Source of the DNA: Phycisphaerae bacterium
GTDB lineage: Bacteria > Planctomycetota > Phycisphaerae > SM23-33
Length of the DNA: 64,000 bases
Assembly (NCBI GenBank): GCA_016782885.1
Contig: JADHXQ010000006.1
Span: 6,144-70,143 of the forward strand
Direction of reading: 5' to 3'
In this document: positions 47,348 to 60,663 of the stretch, in pieces
How positions within the stretch are numbered: the stretch's first letter is position 1
Layout of the letters: every line of letters begins with the position of its first letter
Notes under the pieces: generated by a model
What the model saw: only the letters and a program-made list of their open reading frames with translations
Database searches by the model: none
What the model was told of the DNA's origin: nothing
Made by a program: the position numbers and the translations under genes

Positions 47348-47971
47348 TCAGCCTTCCTGTCCCATCAGCATTGCCATCGCTTCGCGAGTAATCAGCATTT
47401 TCTGCCGCGTGGCAATATCGAACGCGTTGAGTTCTTCAGCGATGCGAACTGTAAGATCCTGCAGGTTCCGGCTGGACAGGTATACGTTCGTGTCGCGCTG
47501 GTGCAGCGCCAGCAGGCAACTGCGGTTGATACTGAGGTTGCTCAGCAACTTGGCCATTTGACTCGTTTTCGGCGTCTCGCAGACAAGTCCGTCCACTACC
47601 ACCAGGTCATTACCGAGAATCTTGGCGAGAATTGCGGTCTTTCGCGCGGCGAGCCTCATCTTTTGGGGGAGTTTCTTTCGGAAGTCGCGGCGGATTTTCG
47701 CAAAAGCCACCCCGCCTCCGCGAAGAACGTTGGTCCTGATCGAACCGCGGCGGGCGTTGCCCGTTCCCTTCTGGCGGAAAAGCTTCCTGGTCGAACCTGC
47801 AACCATTCCGCGAGATTTCGTGGCGGCTGTACCCTGACGCTTATTCGCATGATAAGCCACAACCGCCTGCTTCAACAGCGCGGTGTTAACCCTCGTACCG
47901 AAAGCCTCGTCGCTGACCGACAGCGTCTCAATCTGCTCGCCTTCCGTGTTATATACTGGAACTTCCAACAT
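47348..47971 (-). CDS. rplD: 50S ribosomal protein L4
   Basis: MLEVPVYNTEGEQIETL...GSTRKLFRQKGTGNARRGS. Confidence 0.95.
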   Translation of the reverse strand: MLEVPVYNTEGEQIETLSVSDEAFGTRVNTALLKQAVVAYHANKRQGTAATKSRGMVAGSTRKLFRQKGTGNARRGSIRTNVLRGGGVAFAKIRRDFRKKLPQKMRLAARKTAILAKILGNDLVVVDGLVCETPKTSQMAKLLSNLSINRSCLLALHQRDTNVYLSSRNLQDLTVRIAEELNAFDIATRQKMLITREAMAMLMGQEG

Positions 47972-47995
47972 TACCGATGTATCCCGTTGGTTTGG

Positions 47996-48661
47996 TTATT
48001 TTGCGGTATTGGCCTTGGCTGTCCTGGAAACCCTGACCTGCACCAATGTACCGTTGGGCCCGGGTACCGGACCCTTGATAAGCAGGAGATTATTCTCTTT
48101 GTCGACCGCGATGAGGCGATGATTGCGGCTTGTGGTTCTTTCCATACCCATGTGCCCGCACATCCGCTTGCCCTTTTTCAGTTTTGGGCCCGTACCGGCG
48201 TTTGTACCGTGACTGGCGATTGAACCGATACTGCGGTGCTTTCGTTCGACACCGTGGCTGGCGGTTTGTCCGCCGAAGTTATATCGCTTCATGACACCGG
48301 CAAAGCCCTTGCCCTTGCTGGTGGCGATGACGTCAACATGCTGAATGTCATCGAATATCTCGACGGCGACGCTCTGCCCGGAGGCAAGTTCTTCATCCGG
48401 GGCGCCAAGGCGAACTTCGCGAATGAACTTCTGCGGTTTGACGCCGGCCTTCCTGGCATGACCGATCAAGGGCTTCGTTGCACGGTGCGCCTTGATGTCT
48501 TCAAAACCAAGCTGCACCGCGTCGTACCCGTCTGTCTCAACGGTTTTGATCTGGAGCACCTTGCAGGGCCCGGCCTGAACGACGGTAACCGGGTGCAGTA
48601 CGCCGTCACCGTCGTACACCTGGGTCATACCGATTTTTTTTCCTAGTAGTGCTGTCAGCAT
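47996..48661 (-). CDS. rplC: 50S ribosomal protein L3 (start MLTALLGKKIGMTQ; the ORF is open to 48757)
   Basis: LLGKKIGMTQVYDGDG... Confidence 0.93.
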   Translation of the reverse strand: MLTALLGKKIGMTQVYDGDGVLHPVTVVQAGPCKVLQIKTVETDGYDAVQLGFEDIKAHRATKPLIGHARKAGVKPQKFIREVRLGAPDEELASGQSVAVEIFDDIQHVDVIATSKGKGFAGVMKRYNFGGQTASHGVERKHRSIGSIASHGTNAGTGPKLKKGKRMCGHMGMERTTSRNHRLIAVDKENNLLLIKGPVPGPNGTLVQVRVSRTAKANTAK

Positions 48662-48719
48662 CGTCTCGTTCCAAGTCGACAGTTGGTAGCGGGTCGTAAA
48701 GTTATTCCGGTCCGATACT

Positions 48720-49028
48720 TTATGCCTTGATCTTGATGAAAACCCCTGCCGGTACAACCAGGCGATTGAGTGCTTCGATAGTCCGGACGGTCGGTTCGTA
48801 GATGTCTATGATCCGCTTGTGCGTTCGCATCTCGAACTGCTCTCGGGACTTCTTGTCCACGTGAGGACTTCGCAATACGGTGTACCGTTCGATCCTGGTC
48901 GGTAGCGGAATCGGTCCGCGAACCCTGGCGCCGGTACGTTCGGCATGATCGACTATTTCTTTAGCCGAACTATCCAGCGCCCGGTGGTCGTAGGCTTCCA
49001 TTCTGATTCTTATTTTATCCTGCACCAT
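48720..49028 (-). CDS. rpsJ: 30S ribosomal protein S10
   Basis: [71 protein letters not shown]. Confidence 0.96.
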   Translation of the reverse strand: MVQDKIRIRMEAYDHRALDSSAKEIVDHAERTGARVRGPIPLPTRIERYTVLRSPHVDKKSREQFEMRTHKRIIDIYEPTVRTIEALNRLVVPAGVFIKIKA

Positions 49029-49154
49029 GCAATACGTCTCCGAAACTCTCCGTAACGACCCTCACCAAGCTGAACCGCGGGTGGAGAGTCCTACTAGGGT
49101 AGTCAACTAAAAGCCATTGTCAATGCTGAACTTTCCTTTTTTTAACTTTTTCTC

Positions 49155-51239
49155 TCAAAGTCCCATTCGACGAAGGATATCCCGAGTAGTCTGGCTGGGC
49201 GTCGCCCTGTAAGTCAGCGGTTCCATTGTGCTGCTGGCGCGCCCCTGCGTCAGGGAGCGAAGCTGCGTTGCATAACCAAACATTTCAGCCAGCGGTATCT
49301 CGGCGGTCAACACGCGATACTGACCGCGCTGAACCATATTACGGATCTCTGAACGCCTGGCGTTAAGATCGCCGGTAACGGCCCCCACGAACGCTTCGGG
49401 CACCGTAATCTGAACGCGCATGATGGGTTCCAGGAATACCGGTGATGCCTTTTCGACGGCCGCTTCAAACGCCATCGCGCCGGCCTGGCGGAACGCCACG
49501 TCGCTGCTGTCTACCGGGTGATGCTTACCATCACGCAGGGTAACCTTGATGTCCCGCATGGGATAGCCCGCAAGGGTACCGCTGGTGGCGGCATCGCGCA
49601 CACCTTCAACCACCGACGGGATGAACTCCTTGGGAACAACCCCGCCCTTGGAGGCGTCGACAAAAACAACGGGCTGATCGTCATCTTCGTCATGCCACGG
49701 TTCGACACTGAGTTCCACGACAGCATACTGACCCCTTCCGCCAGTCTGCCGAATGAATCTACCCTCGGCGGCGGCCTGGACCTGAATGGTTTCTTTGTAG
49801 GCGACATTCGGGCGCCCGACATGCACGTCCAACCCGATGTCTCGTGTAAGCTTGTTCTTGACGATTTCGAGATGCAATTCGCCCATTCCTGAAATCGTGC
49901 TCTGACCGGTCTCCTTGTTGTAGCTGTATCGAAAAGACGGATCTTCGCGTCGCAGGACATTGAGCGCATCGGCCAGCGCCTGCTTGTCGGCGTTCGTTCG
50001 CGGTTCGATGGCCATGGTCACCACGGGTTCCGGAAACTCCAGACGTTCCAGGACGATCGGCGCCTTGGTGTCGCAGAGGGTGTCTCCAGTAATCGAGTCG
50101 TTCATGCCCACCAAAGCCACTATGTCGCCGGCGACGGCCTGGTCGCGGCGAATGCGCTGTTTGGCGTGCATTTCCCAGATACGGGTAACGTTTTCCTTCT
50201 TGTTCTGCGTGCTGTTGAGAACGCGAGTGTTGCTCTTCAGCGTTCCGCTGTAAATTCGAACGTAATTCAGGTACCCGTGCTGATCGGAGGCCAGCTTGAA
50301 CACCAAAGCGGAAAACGGCTCATCGGGATCGCTCTTGCGGATGATCCGGCGGCTGGACTTCTCGATGCTCTCGTGCCCTTCGACGTCGGGTATGTCCGAG
50401 GGGCTCGGCAGGTAGTCAACAATGGCATCGAGCAGTGGACGAACGCCCATATGCTTCAATGCCGACCCGCACAATACCGGCTGGATTTTTCCGGCGATCG
50501 TGCCCTTTCGCAGCGCCGCGGTGATCTGCTCCTCGGATATTTCCTCGTCGGCGATGTATCCGGCCATCAGGTCGTCATCGCACTCGGCGGCGGCTTCGAT
50601 CATCTCGCCACGGACACGTTCCATCTCGTCAACCATGTCGCCGGGCACGTCTTCGACGCGAAGGTTGGTGGCGACATCGTCCGGATCGTAGAAGTAAGCC
50701 TTCCTGGTTATCAGGTCAATCTGCCCTTTGAAATCCTCGCCGGCGCCGATGGGGATTTGAACGACTACGGGGTTTGCGTCGAGGCGTGAACGAATCTCTT
50801 TGACAACGGTTTCGAAATCGGCGCCGATGCGGTCAAGCTTGTTAATGAAACACAGGCGTGGTACTCCGTATCGATCACCCTGGCGCCAAACAGTTTCAGA
50901 CTGGGCCTCGACCCCGCCGACGGCACAGAAGACGGCGACCGCGCCGTCCAGAACCCTCAGCGATCGCTCGACCTCGATGGTGAAATCCACGTGGCCCGGG
51001 GTATCGATGAGATTAACAGTGGTCTCACCCCAGAGAAACGTGGTGGCCGCCGATGTAATGGTGATACCCCTCTGCTGCTCCTCGATGAGGTAGTCCATGA
51101 CTGCCGTACCGTTATGGACCTCGCCTATCTTGTAGGTCCGCCCGGCGAAATAGAGTATTCGCTCGGTAACGGTTGTCTTACCGGCGTCGATGTGAGCCAT
51201 CACGCCAATGTTGCGAAGTTTCCTGGGCTTATTTACCAT
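49155..51239 (-). CDS. fusA: Elongation factor G (start [12 protein letters not shown]; the ORF is open to 51368 but the extra 43 aa are not EF-G-like)
   Basis: [25 protein letters not shown]... G-domain motifs DTPGHVDF and NKLD. Full five-domain length. Confidence 0.95.
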   Translation of the reverse strand: MVNKPRKLRNIGVMAHIDAGKTTVTERILYFAGRTYKIGEVHNGTAVMDYLIEEQQRGITITSAATTFLWGETTVNLIDTPGHVDFTIEVERSLRVLDGAVAVFCAVGGVEAQSETVWRQGDRYGVPRLCFINKLDRIGADFETVVKEIRSRLDANPVVVQIPIGAGEDFKGQIDLITRKAYFYDPDDVATNLRVEDVPGDMVDEMERVRGEMIEAAAECDDDLMAGYIADEEISEEQITAALRKGTIAGKIQPVLCGSALKHMGVRPLLDAIVDYLPSPSDIPDVEGHESIEKSSRRIIRKSDPDEPFSALVFKLASDQHGYLNYVRIYSGTLKSNTRVLNSTQNKKENVTRIWEMHAKQRIRRDQAVAGDIVALVGMNDSITGDTLCDTKAPIVLERLEFPEPVVTMAIEPRTNADKQALADALNVLRREDPSFRYSYNKETGQSTISGMGELHLEIVKNKLTRDIGLDVHVGRPNVAYKETIQVQAAAEGRFIRQTGGRGQYAVVELSVEPWHDEDDDQPVVFVDASKGGVVPKEFIPSVVEGVRDAATSGTLAGYPMRDIKVTLRDGKHHPVDSSDVAFRQAGAMAFEAAVEKASPVFLEPIMRVQITVPEAFVGAVTGDLNARRSEIRNMVQRGQYRVLTAEIPLAEMFGYATQLRSLTQGRASSTMEPLTYRATPSQTTRDILRRMGL

Positions 51240-51598
51240 GAGTACTCGGGGCGGACCGTTAATACCAGTCGGAAGAAAATTACTGTCCCAACTGCACAAA
51301 TACAATCCATGCGCGCGGTAAAACCGCATAGTTACGCTAAACATCGCCCGTCGGGAGCCGATGGGCACCGGTCTTCGACTCGGATCCGCGACTGCATTGC
51401 GATCCGGCAGACCGGCCCGGTTGTCCTATCTCATCACTGAGCCCCGGCCCATATCGAACCGGGGTCGCCGGAGGTCAGGTTTTTCCCGATCGACACGTCC
51501 GACCGATGTGAACCCTGACTCTGCGATTCAGCCAACACCGCTTTCTCAGCCCGGAATGGGCCGGGAGGCGAAGGTTGGATTGTTTCCACGCGAAAGTC

Positions 51599-52075
51599 TT
51601 ATCGGGCAAAGTGCGCGAAGGCCTTGTTCGCCTCAGCCATTCGGTGTACGTTCTCCCGAGTGGTCATTGCAGTGCCTTCGCCCCTGTATGCATCCATTAG
51701 TTCTTTTGCCATACGCTCGCGTATGGGGCGCCCCTTGCCCTTGCGAATTGAATCGCGAAGCCACCTGAAAGCCAACGTCGTCTGGCGCTTGCGATTAACG
51801 GGCCTGGGAACCTGGTAGTTCGAACCACCAACTCGCTTGGAGCGGACTTCTATCATGGGCTTGACATTCTCGATAGCTTTCTCAAACACTTCGAGGGGCG
51901 TGGCGTCTGAGATTTTCTTCTCGATGATATCCATCGCATCATAGAAAAACCGCTGCACGGTGGACTTTTTGCCATTAGTCATGAAGCTGTTGATGAATTT
52001 GGCGACCATCTTACTCGCGAATCGCGGGTCTGGCGCCAACTGCTTAGCCGATGCTGTAAACCTTTTGCGTCCCAT
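51599..52075 (-). CDS. rpsG: 30S ribosomal protein S7
   Basis: [42 protein letters not shown]. Confidence 0.95.
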   Translation of the reverse strand: MGRKRFTASAKQLAPDPRFASKMVAKFINSFMTNGKKSTVQRFFYDAMDIIEKKISDATPLEVFEKAIENVKPMIEVRSKRVGGSNYQVPRPVNRKRQTTLAFRWLRDSIRKGKGRPIRERMAKELMDAYRGEGTAMTTRENVHRMAEANKAFAHFAR

Positions 52076-52139
52076 AGTATCTTTTCCAGGCCCGCGTTAT
52101 CGGGCGCTTCTCCCCGGCCAGGCCGGGATAATCAAGCAA

Positions 52140-52511
52140 CTACTTGGGCTTTCTGGCCCCGTACTTGCTGCGACTTTGCTTTCTACCGTCAACACCCAGG
52201 CAGTCCAGCGTGCCCCGAACGATGTGGTATCGCACACCGGGGAGGTCTCTGACTCGACCGCCCCTGACAAGGACGATGCTGTGTTCCTGGAGATTGTGGT
52301 CAATCCCCGGAATGTAGGCGGTAACTTCTTTACCGTTGGACAGCCTGACCCTGGCAACCTTCCGCAGTGCTGAGTTGGGCTTCTTGGGCGTAACGGTCTT
52401 GACCAGGAGACACACACCACGTTTCTGCGGGCATGAATCCAGCGCCATATTCTTTTTCTTGGCCTTTTGCGTCTTTCTGGGCCTTCGTACTAACTGATTG
52501 ATCGTCGGCAT
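52140..52511 (-). CDS. rpsL: 30S ribosomal protein S12
   Basis: [34 protein letters not shown]...[27 protein letters not shown]. Confidence 0.96.
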   Translation of the reverse strand: MPTINQLVRRPRKTQKAKKKNMALDSCPQKRGVCLLVKTVTPKKPNSALRKVARVRLSNGKEVTAYIPGIDHNLQEHSIVLVRGGRVRDLPGVRYHIVRGTLDCLGVDGRKQSRSKYGARKPK

Positions 52512-52551
52512 TATTATCCTTTATAAAACGACGTACTCTGAATTTCCAGTT

Positions 52552-55500
52552 CTATATGCGTCCTGTCAAGGCCTTCTGAACCTCATCAGCAATCTGGGCT
52601 TCAGTAACCTGGTCACGATCAGGTTCTTCCTCGTGGCCCTCGGGTATCACCCGAACAAGTTTCATGTCGAGGTACGGTTTAAAGCTCGTACCGGCTGGTA
52701 TCAGGTGCCCGAGAATCACATTTTCCTTCAAACCGAGCAGTTCGTCAACCTTCCCGCCGAGCGAAGCTTCGGTGAAGACCTTTGTGGACTCCTGGAAGCT
52801 GGCGGCCGACAGGAAGCTGTCAGACTGCAACGACGCTTTTGTAATTCCCAACAGCAGCGTTCTTGCCGTTGCGGGGCGAGGGCGCTTGGTCTTTGCCGGT
52901 TCCTCGCCGTTGGCCTCGGCATCCATATTGGCCTGCTCGATCAGGTCCCTGATAACGATCTGGCCTTCGCTCAGGCTTGTCCCACCGGGCTCCACGACCT
53001 TCAGCGATCCGGCAAGTCGTTTATTTTCACTCAGGAAGACGAATTTGTCAACAACATCTCCGGGCAAAAGTTCGGTGTCACCTACAGAATCGACCTGAAC
53101 CTTCCGGAGCATCTGGCTGAGGATCACCTCAATGTGCTTGTCATTAATGGTCTGTCCCGCCGCACGATAGACGGTCTGGACCTCGCCCAACAGGTAATGC
53201 TGCAGCGCCTCTTCACCACGAATATCCAGAATATCCTGGAGAACGAGCGGACCTTCGGTCAGGGGGTCGCCGGCTTCGACAAAGTCTCCGGTATGGACCA
53301 GAAGATGCCTGTCGTGAGGAACGTGGTGGTCTCGCTCCATACCGGACTCGCTGCGGATGATAACCGTCATTTTTCCGCGTCGCTTGTCGGTTCGCAGTTC
53401 GACCATTCCGGAGATTTCGGCCATCGCAGCCGGTTCCTTGGGTTTGCGCGCCTCGAAGACTTCGGTGACACGCGGAAGGCCCGCGGTGATATCCTGGGTG
53501 CCCATGATTTCGCGTGGTTGGCGTGCGAGCAACGTACCGGATCGGACGGTCTGGCCTTCCTCGACCTCGACACGCGCCTTGGCGGGCAGATAGTGGAAGT
53601 CGAGAATTTTCCCGCTCTTGTCCTCGATGACGATTCGCGGATGCATTTCGCCCTTGTGCTCGATAACAACGTATCGCCTTCCGGTAGCGGACTTGGCTTT
53701 GCCTTTCTCGTCTTCGACGCGAACGGTCTCGCCTTCCTCGATGTCCTGGAAGCGGACAATACCGTTAGCTTCGGCGAGAATCGGCACGCTGTGTGCGTCC
53801 CACCAGACAAGTCGCTGACCGGCCTTGACCTTCTTGCCTTCCTCGACGTCAATTCGCGCGCCGTACGGTATTTTGTACTTGTCGAGTTCTCTGCCCTTTT
53901 CGTCGTGTATGGATATTTCGCCATTTCGCTTCAGGACAACAACGCTGGCTTCTTTGCCCGATCCGATGGCCACCGCGTTCAACTCGTTGTATTTAATGGT
54001 TCCGGCGACAGTTGCGGTAATTTCGGTTTCGACGACCGCCCGTGTGGCGACGCCGCCGGTGTGGAACGTACGCATGGTCAACTGCGTACCGGGCTCACCG
54101 ATGGACTGGGCGGCGATAATACCAACCGCGTTTCCTTCTTCGACCAGTTCGCTGGTGGCGAGGTCGACACCGTAGCAATTCGCACAGATACCCAGCGGGC
54201 TGTCGCAAGTCAGCGGGCTGCGGACCTGAATGGTCTCCAGTCCGAGGTCCTCGATCTTCAGGGCCATCTGGCGGGTGATGATCTGGTTTTCCTGCACGAT
54301 CAATTCGTCAGTAATCGGGTTGATGATATTCTCTCGCGCGACGCGCCCTATGATAACGTCTCGCAGAGGCACGTCGACCTGCTCGCCCTTGTAAGTGGCC
54401 GATTTCTTGATACCCTTGAGCGTACCACAATCGATACTGTTGACTATCACGTTCTGGGCGACGTCGGCCAGTTTACGCGTGAGGTATCCGGAGTCCGCGG
54501 TCTTCAAGGCGGTGTCGGCGAGACCCTTTCGAGCGCCGTGCGTCGAGGAGAAATACTCCAGAACGGTCAGACCCTCACGGAAGTTGGCGCGAATGGGCGT
54601 TTCGATAATCTCTCCGGAAGGTTTACTCATCAAACCACGCATACCGGCCAGTTGCCTGATCTGGTCGACATTACCCCGGGCGGCCGACGCCAGCATCATG
54701 TAAACCGGGTTGATATAGTTCGGGTCATTGACGCGCCGATCGCTTTTCAGGTCGATCATCATGCTCTTGGTAACTTCCTCGCGGGCATGAATCCAGACGT
54801 CAACAACCTGGTTGTATCGTTCACCGTCGGTAATCGCGTCGTTGTGGAAATCTTCCTCGATCCGGTCGACGTGTTTCTGGGCGGAGTCTATGATTTTGGC
54901 CTTGTCGCCGGGAATCTTCGCGTCGGTGATTCCGAATGACGTCCCAGCCACCGTCGAGTACTTGAAGCCCAGGGCTTTCATGTTGTCCAGCAGATCGAGG
55001 GTATCAGAGCGCCCGAGCCTTGAGTAGGCGTCGCGGATAACGCGGGCTGCGCCTTTCTGACCGAGCGGGTAGTTGTAGAAGCCCATACCTTCGGGGAGTA
55101 CGTCATTGAATATACATCGCCCGGGAGTCGTTATTATCTTGCCTTCCGATGCGATGCGGGTCTTGTCATCTTCAATGACTTCGGTATCCCTGGGGACTTT
55201 CAGGACGATCTGGGCGTGCATACCCACCCGCCCCAGTACATATGCGGTAATAGCCGCGTCGGGCGCCGCATAGATCGGGCGTTTCTGTTCGTCACTGCAA
55301 GTGAGGGTCAGGACATCGCTCGAGACGAACTCGGCGCCATGGCCGGTGGTCAGGTAGTAGACGCCCAGGACGATATCCTGCATCGGCGAGACGATCGGGG
55401 CGCCGCTGGACGGTGAGAAAATATTGTTGGTCGCGAGCATCAACACGTGCGCCTCGGCCTGCGATTCGACCGAAAGAGGCAGATGGACCGCCATCTGGTC

Positions 55501-56874
55501 GCCGTCGAAGTCCGCGTTGAAACCCTTGCAGACCAGCGGGTGGATCTTGATGGCGTTACCCTCGACGAGGATCGGTTCGAACGCCTGAATGCCCATCCGG
55601 TGAAGGGTCGGAGCACGGTTCAGCATAACCGGGTGCTGGTAGATCACCTCTTCAAGGACGTCCCAGATTTCCCGATCCCGGCGTTCGAGCATGCGTTTGG
55701 CGCTCTTGATGGTATCGGCCAGTCCGCGATCCTTGAGGCAGCGGATGATAAACGGCTGGTACAGTTCGAGGGCGATTTTCTTCGGTAGTCCGCACTGGTG
55801 GAGCTTGAGTTCGGGCCCGACGACGATAACCGATCTTGCCGAGTAGTCGACTCGCTTGCCCAGCAGGTTCTCTCGGAATCGTCCCTGCTTGCCCTTTATC
55901 ATGTCGGTAAGGCTCTTGAGGGGCCTGTTGGCGGTTCCCTGGACCGGGCGGCGGCAGCGGGAGTTGTCGAACAGTCCGTCGACGGCCTGCTGCAGCATGC
56001 GTTTCTCGTTGCGGATGATGACGCCCGGAGCATTGAGGTCCATCAGCTTCTTCAGGCGGTTGTTACGGTTGATGATTCGCCTGTAAAGGTCGTTCAGGTC
56101 GCTGGTGGCGAAGTTTCCGCTCTCCAGGAGGACCAGCGGTCTGAGGTCCGGCGGGATAACCGGAATGACATCCATGACCAGCCATTCAGGATCGTTACCG
56201 GAAACCCTGATGCTCTCGACAAGCTTGAGGCGTTTGGTGATATCCTTGATCTTCTGCTTCGAACTCGTTTTTGTCAGGTCGTCACGAAGGGCGACGGCTT
56301 CTTCCGCCAAGTCCAGCTTCTCAAGCAATATCTTGATTGCTTCGGCGCCCATGGAGGCCTGAAAATCGCCGCCGTAGGTCTCACTGGCCGTGCGGTACTC
56401 GTCCTCGGTGAGGACCTGCTGGTATTTCAGCGGGGTCTGTCCCGGGTCAACCACAACGTAATCCTGGAAGAGGATGATCTTCTCCAGGGACGAAGTTTTC
56501 ATTCCGAGCAGCGTGCCCAGGCGGCTGGGGAGGGCCTTGAAGTACCATATATGCACGATGGGCGCAGCCAGTGAGATGTGGCCCATTCGCTTGCGCCGGA
56601 CGCGGGAGTGAGTAACTTTCACACCGCAGCGGTCGCAGATGATACCCTTGTGCTTGGTACCCTTGTACTTTCCGCACGAGCATTCCCAGTCGCGTTCGGG
56701 CCCGAATATCCGCTCGCAGAACAACCCTTCCTTCTCAGGACGGTACGTTCGGTAGTTGATCGTTTCGGGCCTTCTGACCTCTCCAAACGACCAACTGCGA
56801 ATATCGTTGGGTGAAGCCAGCATGACTTTCACCGACCCGTAGTCGTTAATTCTATCGTAAACGCTCTCAACCAT
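52552..56874 (-). CDS. rpoC: DNA-directed RNA polymerase subunit beta'
   Basis: 1440 aa. Zn-finger [21 protein letters not shown]. Catalytic [12 protein letters not shown]. Trigger-loop and bridge-helix regions are present. Confidence 0.98.
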   Translation of the reverse strand: MVESVYDRINDYGSVKVMLASPNDIRSWSFGEVRRPETINYRTYRPEKEGLFCERIFGPERDWECSCGKYKGTKHKGIICDRCGVKVTHSRVRRKRMGHISLAAPIVHIWYFKALPSRLGTLLGMKTSSLEKIILFQDYVVVDPGQTPLKYQQVLTEDEYRTASETYGGDFQASMGAEAIKILLEKLDLAEEAVALRDDLTKTSSKQKIKDITKRLKLVESIRVSGNDPEWLVMDVIPVIPPDLRPLVLLESGNFATSDLNDLYRRIINRNNRLKKLMDLNAPGVIIRNEKRMLQQAVDGLFDNSRCRRPVQGTANRPLKSLTDMIKGKQGRFRENLLGKRVDYSARSVIVVGPELKLHQCGLPKKIALELYQPFIIRCLKDRGLADTIKSAKRMLERRDREIWDVLEEVIYQHPVMLNRAPTLHRMGIQAFEPILVEGNAIKIHPLVCKGFNADFDGDQMAVHLPLSVESQAEAHVLMLATNNIFSPSSGAPIVSPMQDIVLGVYYLTTGHGAEFVSSDVLTLTCSDEQKRPIYAAPDAAITAYVLGRVGMHAQIVLKVPRDTEVIEDDKTRIASEGKIITTPGRCIFNDVLPEGMGFYNYPLGQKGAARVIRDAYSRLGRSDTLDLLDNMKALGFKYSTVAGTSFGITDAKIPGDKAKIIDSAQKHVDRIEEDFHNDAITDGERYNQVVDVWIHAREEVTKSMMIDLKSDRRVNDPNYINPVYMMLASAARGNVDQIRQLAGMRGLMSKPSGEIIETPIRANFREGLTVLEYFSSTHGARKGLADTALKTADSGYLTRKLADVAQNVIVNSIDCGTLKGIKKSATYKGEQVDVPLRDVIIGRVARENIINPITDELIVQENQIITRQMALKIEDLGLETIQVRSPLTCDSPLGICANCYGVDLATSELVEEGNAVGIIAAQSIGEPGTQLTMRTFHTGGVATRAVVETEITATVAGTIKYNELNAVAIGSGKEASVVVLKRNGEISIHDEKGRELDKYKIPYGARIDVEEGKKVKAGQRLVWWDAHSVPILAEANGIVRFQDIEEGETVRVEDEKGKAKSATGRRYVVIEHKGEMHPRIVIEDKSGKILDFHYLPAKARVEVEEGQTVRSGTLLARQPREIMGTQDITAGLPRVTEVFEARKPKEPAAMAEISGMVELRTDKRRGKMTVIIRSESGMERDHHVPHDRHLLVHTGDFVEAGDPLTEGPLVLQDILDIRGEEALQHYLLGEVQTVYRAAGQTINDKHIEVILSQMLRKVQVDSVGDTELLPGDVVDKFVFLSENKRLAGSLKVVEPGGTSLSEGQIVIRDLIEQANMDAEANGEEPAKTKRPRPATARTLLLGITKASLQSDSFLSAASFQESTKVFTEASLGGKVDELLGLKENVILGHLIPAGTSFKPYLDMKLVRVIPEGHEEEPDRDQVTEAQIADEVQKALTGRI

Positions 56875-56901
56875 GCCTAGTCGCTCCCTGTGGGGGTTCG
56901 A

Positions 56902-59900
56902 TCAGATAAGTCTTCTTTTTTCCAACTGGATATTGAGTCCCAGGCCTCTAAGCTCATTGCACAACACATCGAAGCTGACCGGTGTGCCGGCCTCGAGGGT
57001 GTTGGTGCCCTTGACCATCGACTCGTAGATTTTCGTACGCCCTTCGACGTCGTCGCTCTTGACGGTAAGGAGTTCCTGGAGAGTAAAGCTCGCGCCGTAC
57101 GCCTCGAGGCCCCACACTTCCATCTCGCCGAATCTCTGACCGCCCGTGCGCGCCTTACCGCCCAGGGGCTGCTGCGTGATCAGCGAGTACGGTCCGGTCG
57201 CTCTGGCGTGGATCTTCTCATCAACCAGATGGTGAAGCTTATTCATGTATATATAACCAACGGTAACCTTCTGCTCGAACGGTTCGCCGGTGCGTCCGTC
57301 AAACAGCTCGATCTTCCCGTCTTCCGGCATTTCGACGAGCAGTTCGCCGGTGGCTCCGACATTCTGGATAACCCTCGGATCGTCGCGTCTCTGTGCGACG
57401 TGCGCGTTTGCTTCTCTGATGCAGTCGAATATCTCCGCTTCGGAAGCGCCGTCGAAAACGGGCGTTACGGCCTGGAATCCCAGAACGGCCGCCGCCCAGC
57501 CCAAATGCGTTTCGAGTATCTGACCGAGGTTCATTCGCCCCGGTACGCCAAGCGGATTGAGTATGATTTCGACCGGCGTGCCGTCTTCGAGGAACGGCAT
57601 GTCTTCTTCGGACACGATTCGGGCGATGACGCCCTTGTTACCGTGGCGTCCTGCCATCTTGTCGCCGACACCGAGCTTGCGCTTGGTCGCAATGCGGACC
57701 TTGACCATCTCCAGCACGCCGGAAGGAAGTTCGTCGCCGCGCTTCATGTGGTCGAGCTTGCGCTCCATTTCCTTCTGGATATCCTCAATCCTTGGCCAGT
57801 ATCGCCCGTGGATGCGCTCGGCCTGCTGTTTTGAGGCCGGAGACTTGGACTTGGCCCATCGCATGCTGAAACTCTCGATCTGTTCGAGGATGACTTCGTC
57901 GTTATCGCTCAGCCCGACCTTCTGCCTGGTGCTCGGGTCGACCATCTCGGTGCCGAGAACCTCATTCATGGCTATAGCCATTTCGCGGAATACACGAATC
58001 ATTCGCCCGTACATCATCTGCGTGTACTGCTTGACCTTCCGCTTGTGCTGGGCCTTCATCTCATCAGACATGTGCATGCGGCGGCTGAAACGTTTGGTGT
58101 CCACCACGACGCCTTCTTCACCGGCGGGAAGTTCGAGGCTGTCGTTCTTGACATCCTCGCCGGCGCGTCCGAATATCGCGTGGAGCAGCTTTTCTTCAGG
58201 GGTCAGTTCGCTTTTCGACTTCGGCGAGACCTTGCCGACAAGGATATCACCGGCACCGACGCGGGTTCCGACCAGAACGATACCGTTGGCGTCGAGGTTC
58301 GCCAGCGCCCTCTCGGAAACGTTGGGGATGTCGCGCGTGAATTCTTCGCGTCCCAGCTTGGTCTCCCGAACTTCCACGCCGTACTCTTCCAGGTGTACCG
58401 AAGAGAACGTATCTTGTTTGCACAGGCGTTCGGAGATGACGATGGCGTCTTCGAAGTTGTATCCGTCGAACGGCATGAACGCGACCAGGACGTTTCGCCC
58501 GAGTGCGAGTTGCCCGTTTGACGTCGACGACCCGTCAGCAATGACCTGCCCTTTCCTGACTCTCTGGCCCGGCGTCACTATGGGCTTCTGATTGAGGCAG
58601 GCCCGCTCGTTGAGCTTGTTGAACTTGCGCAGTTCGTACTCGTCAGCGTTGTCTATGATGATGCGCTCGGAATCGACATACGTAACCGTGCCTCCCTTGG
58701 CGGCCTTAACGACAAGCCCGGAATTCCCCGCCACGCTCACTTCCATACCGGTTGCGACGACGGGCGCCTCGGCCCGCAGCAGAGGTACGGCCTGGCGCTG
58801 CATGTTCGAGCCCATCAAGGCGCGGTTGGCGTCATCGTGTTCGAGAAACGGGATCAGCGCCGCCGAAACGCCAATGGTCTGTTTCGGAGAGACATCAAGA
58901 TACTCCACGTCCTTACCGTCAACCATTTTCAGGTCGCCCTTTACGCGTGCCAGAACGTGTTGTGCAGGCAATATGTATCTGCCTTTACTGTCCTTTTCCA
59001 GCGCATCGGGCGGCGCGAGGACGGCTTCGGCCTCTTCGTCGGCCCGCAGGTACTGCGCCTGATCGGTAACCTTACCGTTGACGACCTTGCGGTATGGAGT
59101 AACGATAAACCCATATTCGTCGACGGTGGCGTAAATGCCCAGCGAGGTAATCAGGCCGATGTTCTGGCCTTCAGGCGTCTCGATCGGACAGACCCTGCCG
59201 TAGTGGGAGATGTGGACGTCGCGCGTCTCGAAACCGGCCCGCTTTCTATTGAGCCCGCCCGGACCCAGCGCAGACAACCTGCGTTCGTGTGTCAGCATGC
59301 TCAGCGGATTCTGCTGATCGACGACCTGGGACAGTTCTCCGCGCCCGAAGAAATAATCCATACTCGAAGAGATGCTCTTTGAGTTGACCAGTTCGGAAAT
59401 CTTGGCGATTTCGTCGAGGTCCTTGATGGTCATACGTTCCTGGACCGTGCGCCTCAGCTTGAGGAAGCCCTTTCGCATTTCCTCGATAGCCAGTTCGGCA
59501 ATGGTGCGGAGGCGGCGGTTTCCCAGGTGATCGATATCGTCGATCGTGCCCTGGTTGGTGCGCAGAGTCATGATGTACTTCAGGATATTCAGGAAGTCAT
59601 CGGTGCACAGCGTCATCGCCGACTCGGGGGTGTTCTGCTTGAACTTCCGATTGATTCTGAAGCGCCCGACTTTGCCCAGGCGGTAGCGGTTCGTGTCGAA
59701 GAATTTTTCCTGGAACAGCGCCCTGACCTTATCGGGCTGCGGCGGATTGCCGGGCCTCAGACGCATGTACAGGCGAGACAGCGCCGATTCGTGGGAATCG
59801 GAAGCGTCTTCGCTGAGTGTGTTGAGCACCAGCGGATCGGTCATGTTGGTGATGACTTCGATTTTCTTGGTGCTTCCGGCAACGATTTTCGTCAGCGCCT

Positions 59901-60663
59901 CGCCAACCTGGCCGCCGGCGGGCACGAGTTCCTCGCCGCTTTCGGGATCGATTACGGCCGCGGCGACGTAGGTCTGCGGGCGCAGGCGATTGGTCGAGAC
60001 CATTTTGGTCTTGTAGAAAGCACGGATGATCTCCGTGTCGGTTCCGAACTCCTCACTCATCGCGCGGAGGAACGTGGTGGCGGGAATCTTGGTCGACTGG
60101 TCGATCCGCATCGCCAGAGAGTCTTTCTTGGTGACCGCGATTTCGATCCAACTGCCTCTCTGCGGGATGATCCTCGCCCCGTGCAGCGGGCGGTCGGATT
60201 CCTGCATTTCGACACTGAAGTCCACACCCGGGCTGCGGTGCAACTGCGACACTATCACTCGCTCGGCGCCGTTGATGATGAACTCCCCGCCGCCGATCAT
60301 GATCGGGATCTCACCAAGGTATATGCTCTCTTCGAGCACCTCCTTGTGATCCTTGCGAATCATGCGAACGCAAATGCGGAACGGGCGCCCGTAAGTCAGG
60401 CGCAGGTCGCGGCATTCCTGGACTGTGTAGCGGGGCTCATCCAGTTCGTAATACTGGTACTCCAGGGTCGTCTGCTCGTCGTAGCTGATGACCGGAAACA
60501 CTTCCTGCAGGAGTGCTTCCAGGCCCTGGGGCTTCCTCTTGGCCGGTTCGATCCCGACCTGCAGGAACTCATCATAGCACCTGGTCTGAATCTCGTTCAG
60601 ATTCGGGATGTCCACAGCGTCGCCGATCTTGGCGAAGCTCCTTGTCTTGTCCATTTGCAGCAT
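56902..60663 (-). CDS. rpoB: DNA-directed RNA polymerase subunit beta
   Basis: 1253 aa. Rif-cluster region ([34 protein letters not shown]) and C-terminal conserved blocks. Confidence 0.98.
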   Translation of the reverse strand: MLQMDKTRSFAKIGDAVDIPNLNEIQTRCYDEFLQVGIEPAKRKPQGLEALLQEVFPVISYDEQTTLEYQYYELDEPRYTVQECRDLRLTYGRPFRICVRMIRKDHKEVLEESIYLGEIPIMIGGGEFIINGAERVIVSQLHRSPGVDFSVEMQESDRPLHGARIIPQRGSWIEIAVTKKDSLAMRIDQSTKIPATTFLRAMSEEFGTDTEIIRAFYKTKMVSTNRLRPQTYVAAAVIDPESGEELVPAGGQVGEALTKIVAGSTKKIEVITNMTDPLVLNTLSEDASDSHESALSRLYMRLRPGNPPQPDKVRALFQEKFFDTNRYRLGKVGRFRINRKFKQNTPESAMTLCTDDFLNILKYIMTLRTNQGTIDDIDHLGNRRLRTIAELAIEEMRKGFLKLRRTVQERMTIKDLDEIAKISELVNSKSISSSMDYFFGRGELSQVVDQQNPLSMLTHERRLSALGPGGLNRKRAGFETRDVHISHYGRVCPIETPEGQNIGLITSLGIYATVDEYGFIVTPYRKVVNGKVTDQAQYLRADEEAEAVLAPPDALEKDSKGRYILPAQHVLARVKGDLKMVDGKDVEYLDVSPKQTIGVSAALIPFLEHDDANRALMGSNMQRQAVPLLRAEAPVVATGMEVSVAGNSGLVVKAAKGGTVTYVDSERIIIDNADEYELRKFNKLNERACLNQKPIVTPGQRVRKGQVIADGSSTSNGQLALGRNVLVAFMPFDGYNFEDAIVISERLCKQDTFSSVHLEEYGVEVRETKLGREEFTRDIPNVSERALANLDANGIVLVGTRVGAGDILVGKVSPKSKSELTPEEKLLHAIFGRAGEDVKNDSLELPAGEEGVVVDTKRFSRRMHMSDEMKAQHKRKVKQYTQMMYGRMIRVFREMAIAMNEVLGTEMVDPSTRQKVGLSDNDEVILEQIESFSMRWAKSKSPASKQQAERIHGRYWPRIEDIQKEMERKLDHMKRGDELPSGVLEMVKVRIATKRKLGVGDKMAGRHGNKGVIARIVSEEDMPFLEDGTPVEIILNPLGVPGRMNLGQILETHLGWAAAVLGFQAVTPVFDGASEAEIFDCIREANAHVAQRRDDPRVIQNVGATGELLVEMPEDGKIELFDGRTGEPFEQKVTVGYIYMNKLHHLVDEKIHARATGPYSLITQQPLGGKARTGGQRFGEMEVWGLEAYGASFTLQELLTVKSDDVEGRTKIYESMVKGTNTLEAGTPVSFDVLCNELRGLGLNIQLEKRRLI

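Noticed and set aside
49029-49154. Promoter call for the S10 operon (TTGACA-like hexamers in the fusA-rpsJ spacer)
   Set aside because: No convincing -10 element sits at proper spacing. Transcription probably reads through from upstream, so no promoter feature was asserted.
51240-51368. N-terminal 43-aa extension of EF-G (the ORF is open to 51368)
   Set aside because: The extra residues ([23 protein letters not shown]...) have no EF-G similarity. EF-G universally starts about 8 aa before the RNIG...AHIDAGKTT motif, so the start was placed at 51239.
52498-54939. 813-aa plus-strand ORF. Similar long plus ORFs occur at 10323..11657, 7807..8937, 36851..38122, 46763..48223, 57557..58591 and 59527..60729.
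   Set aside because: They are antisense to rpoC, rpoB, r-protein, TPR or secY genes whose identity is unambiguous. They are high-GC frame artefacts.
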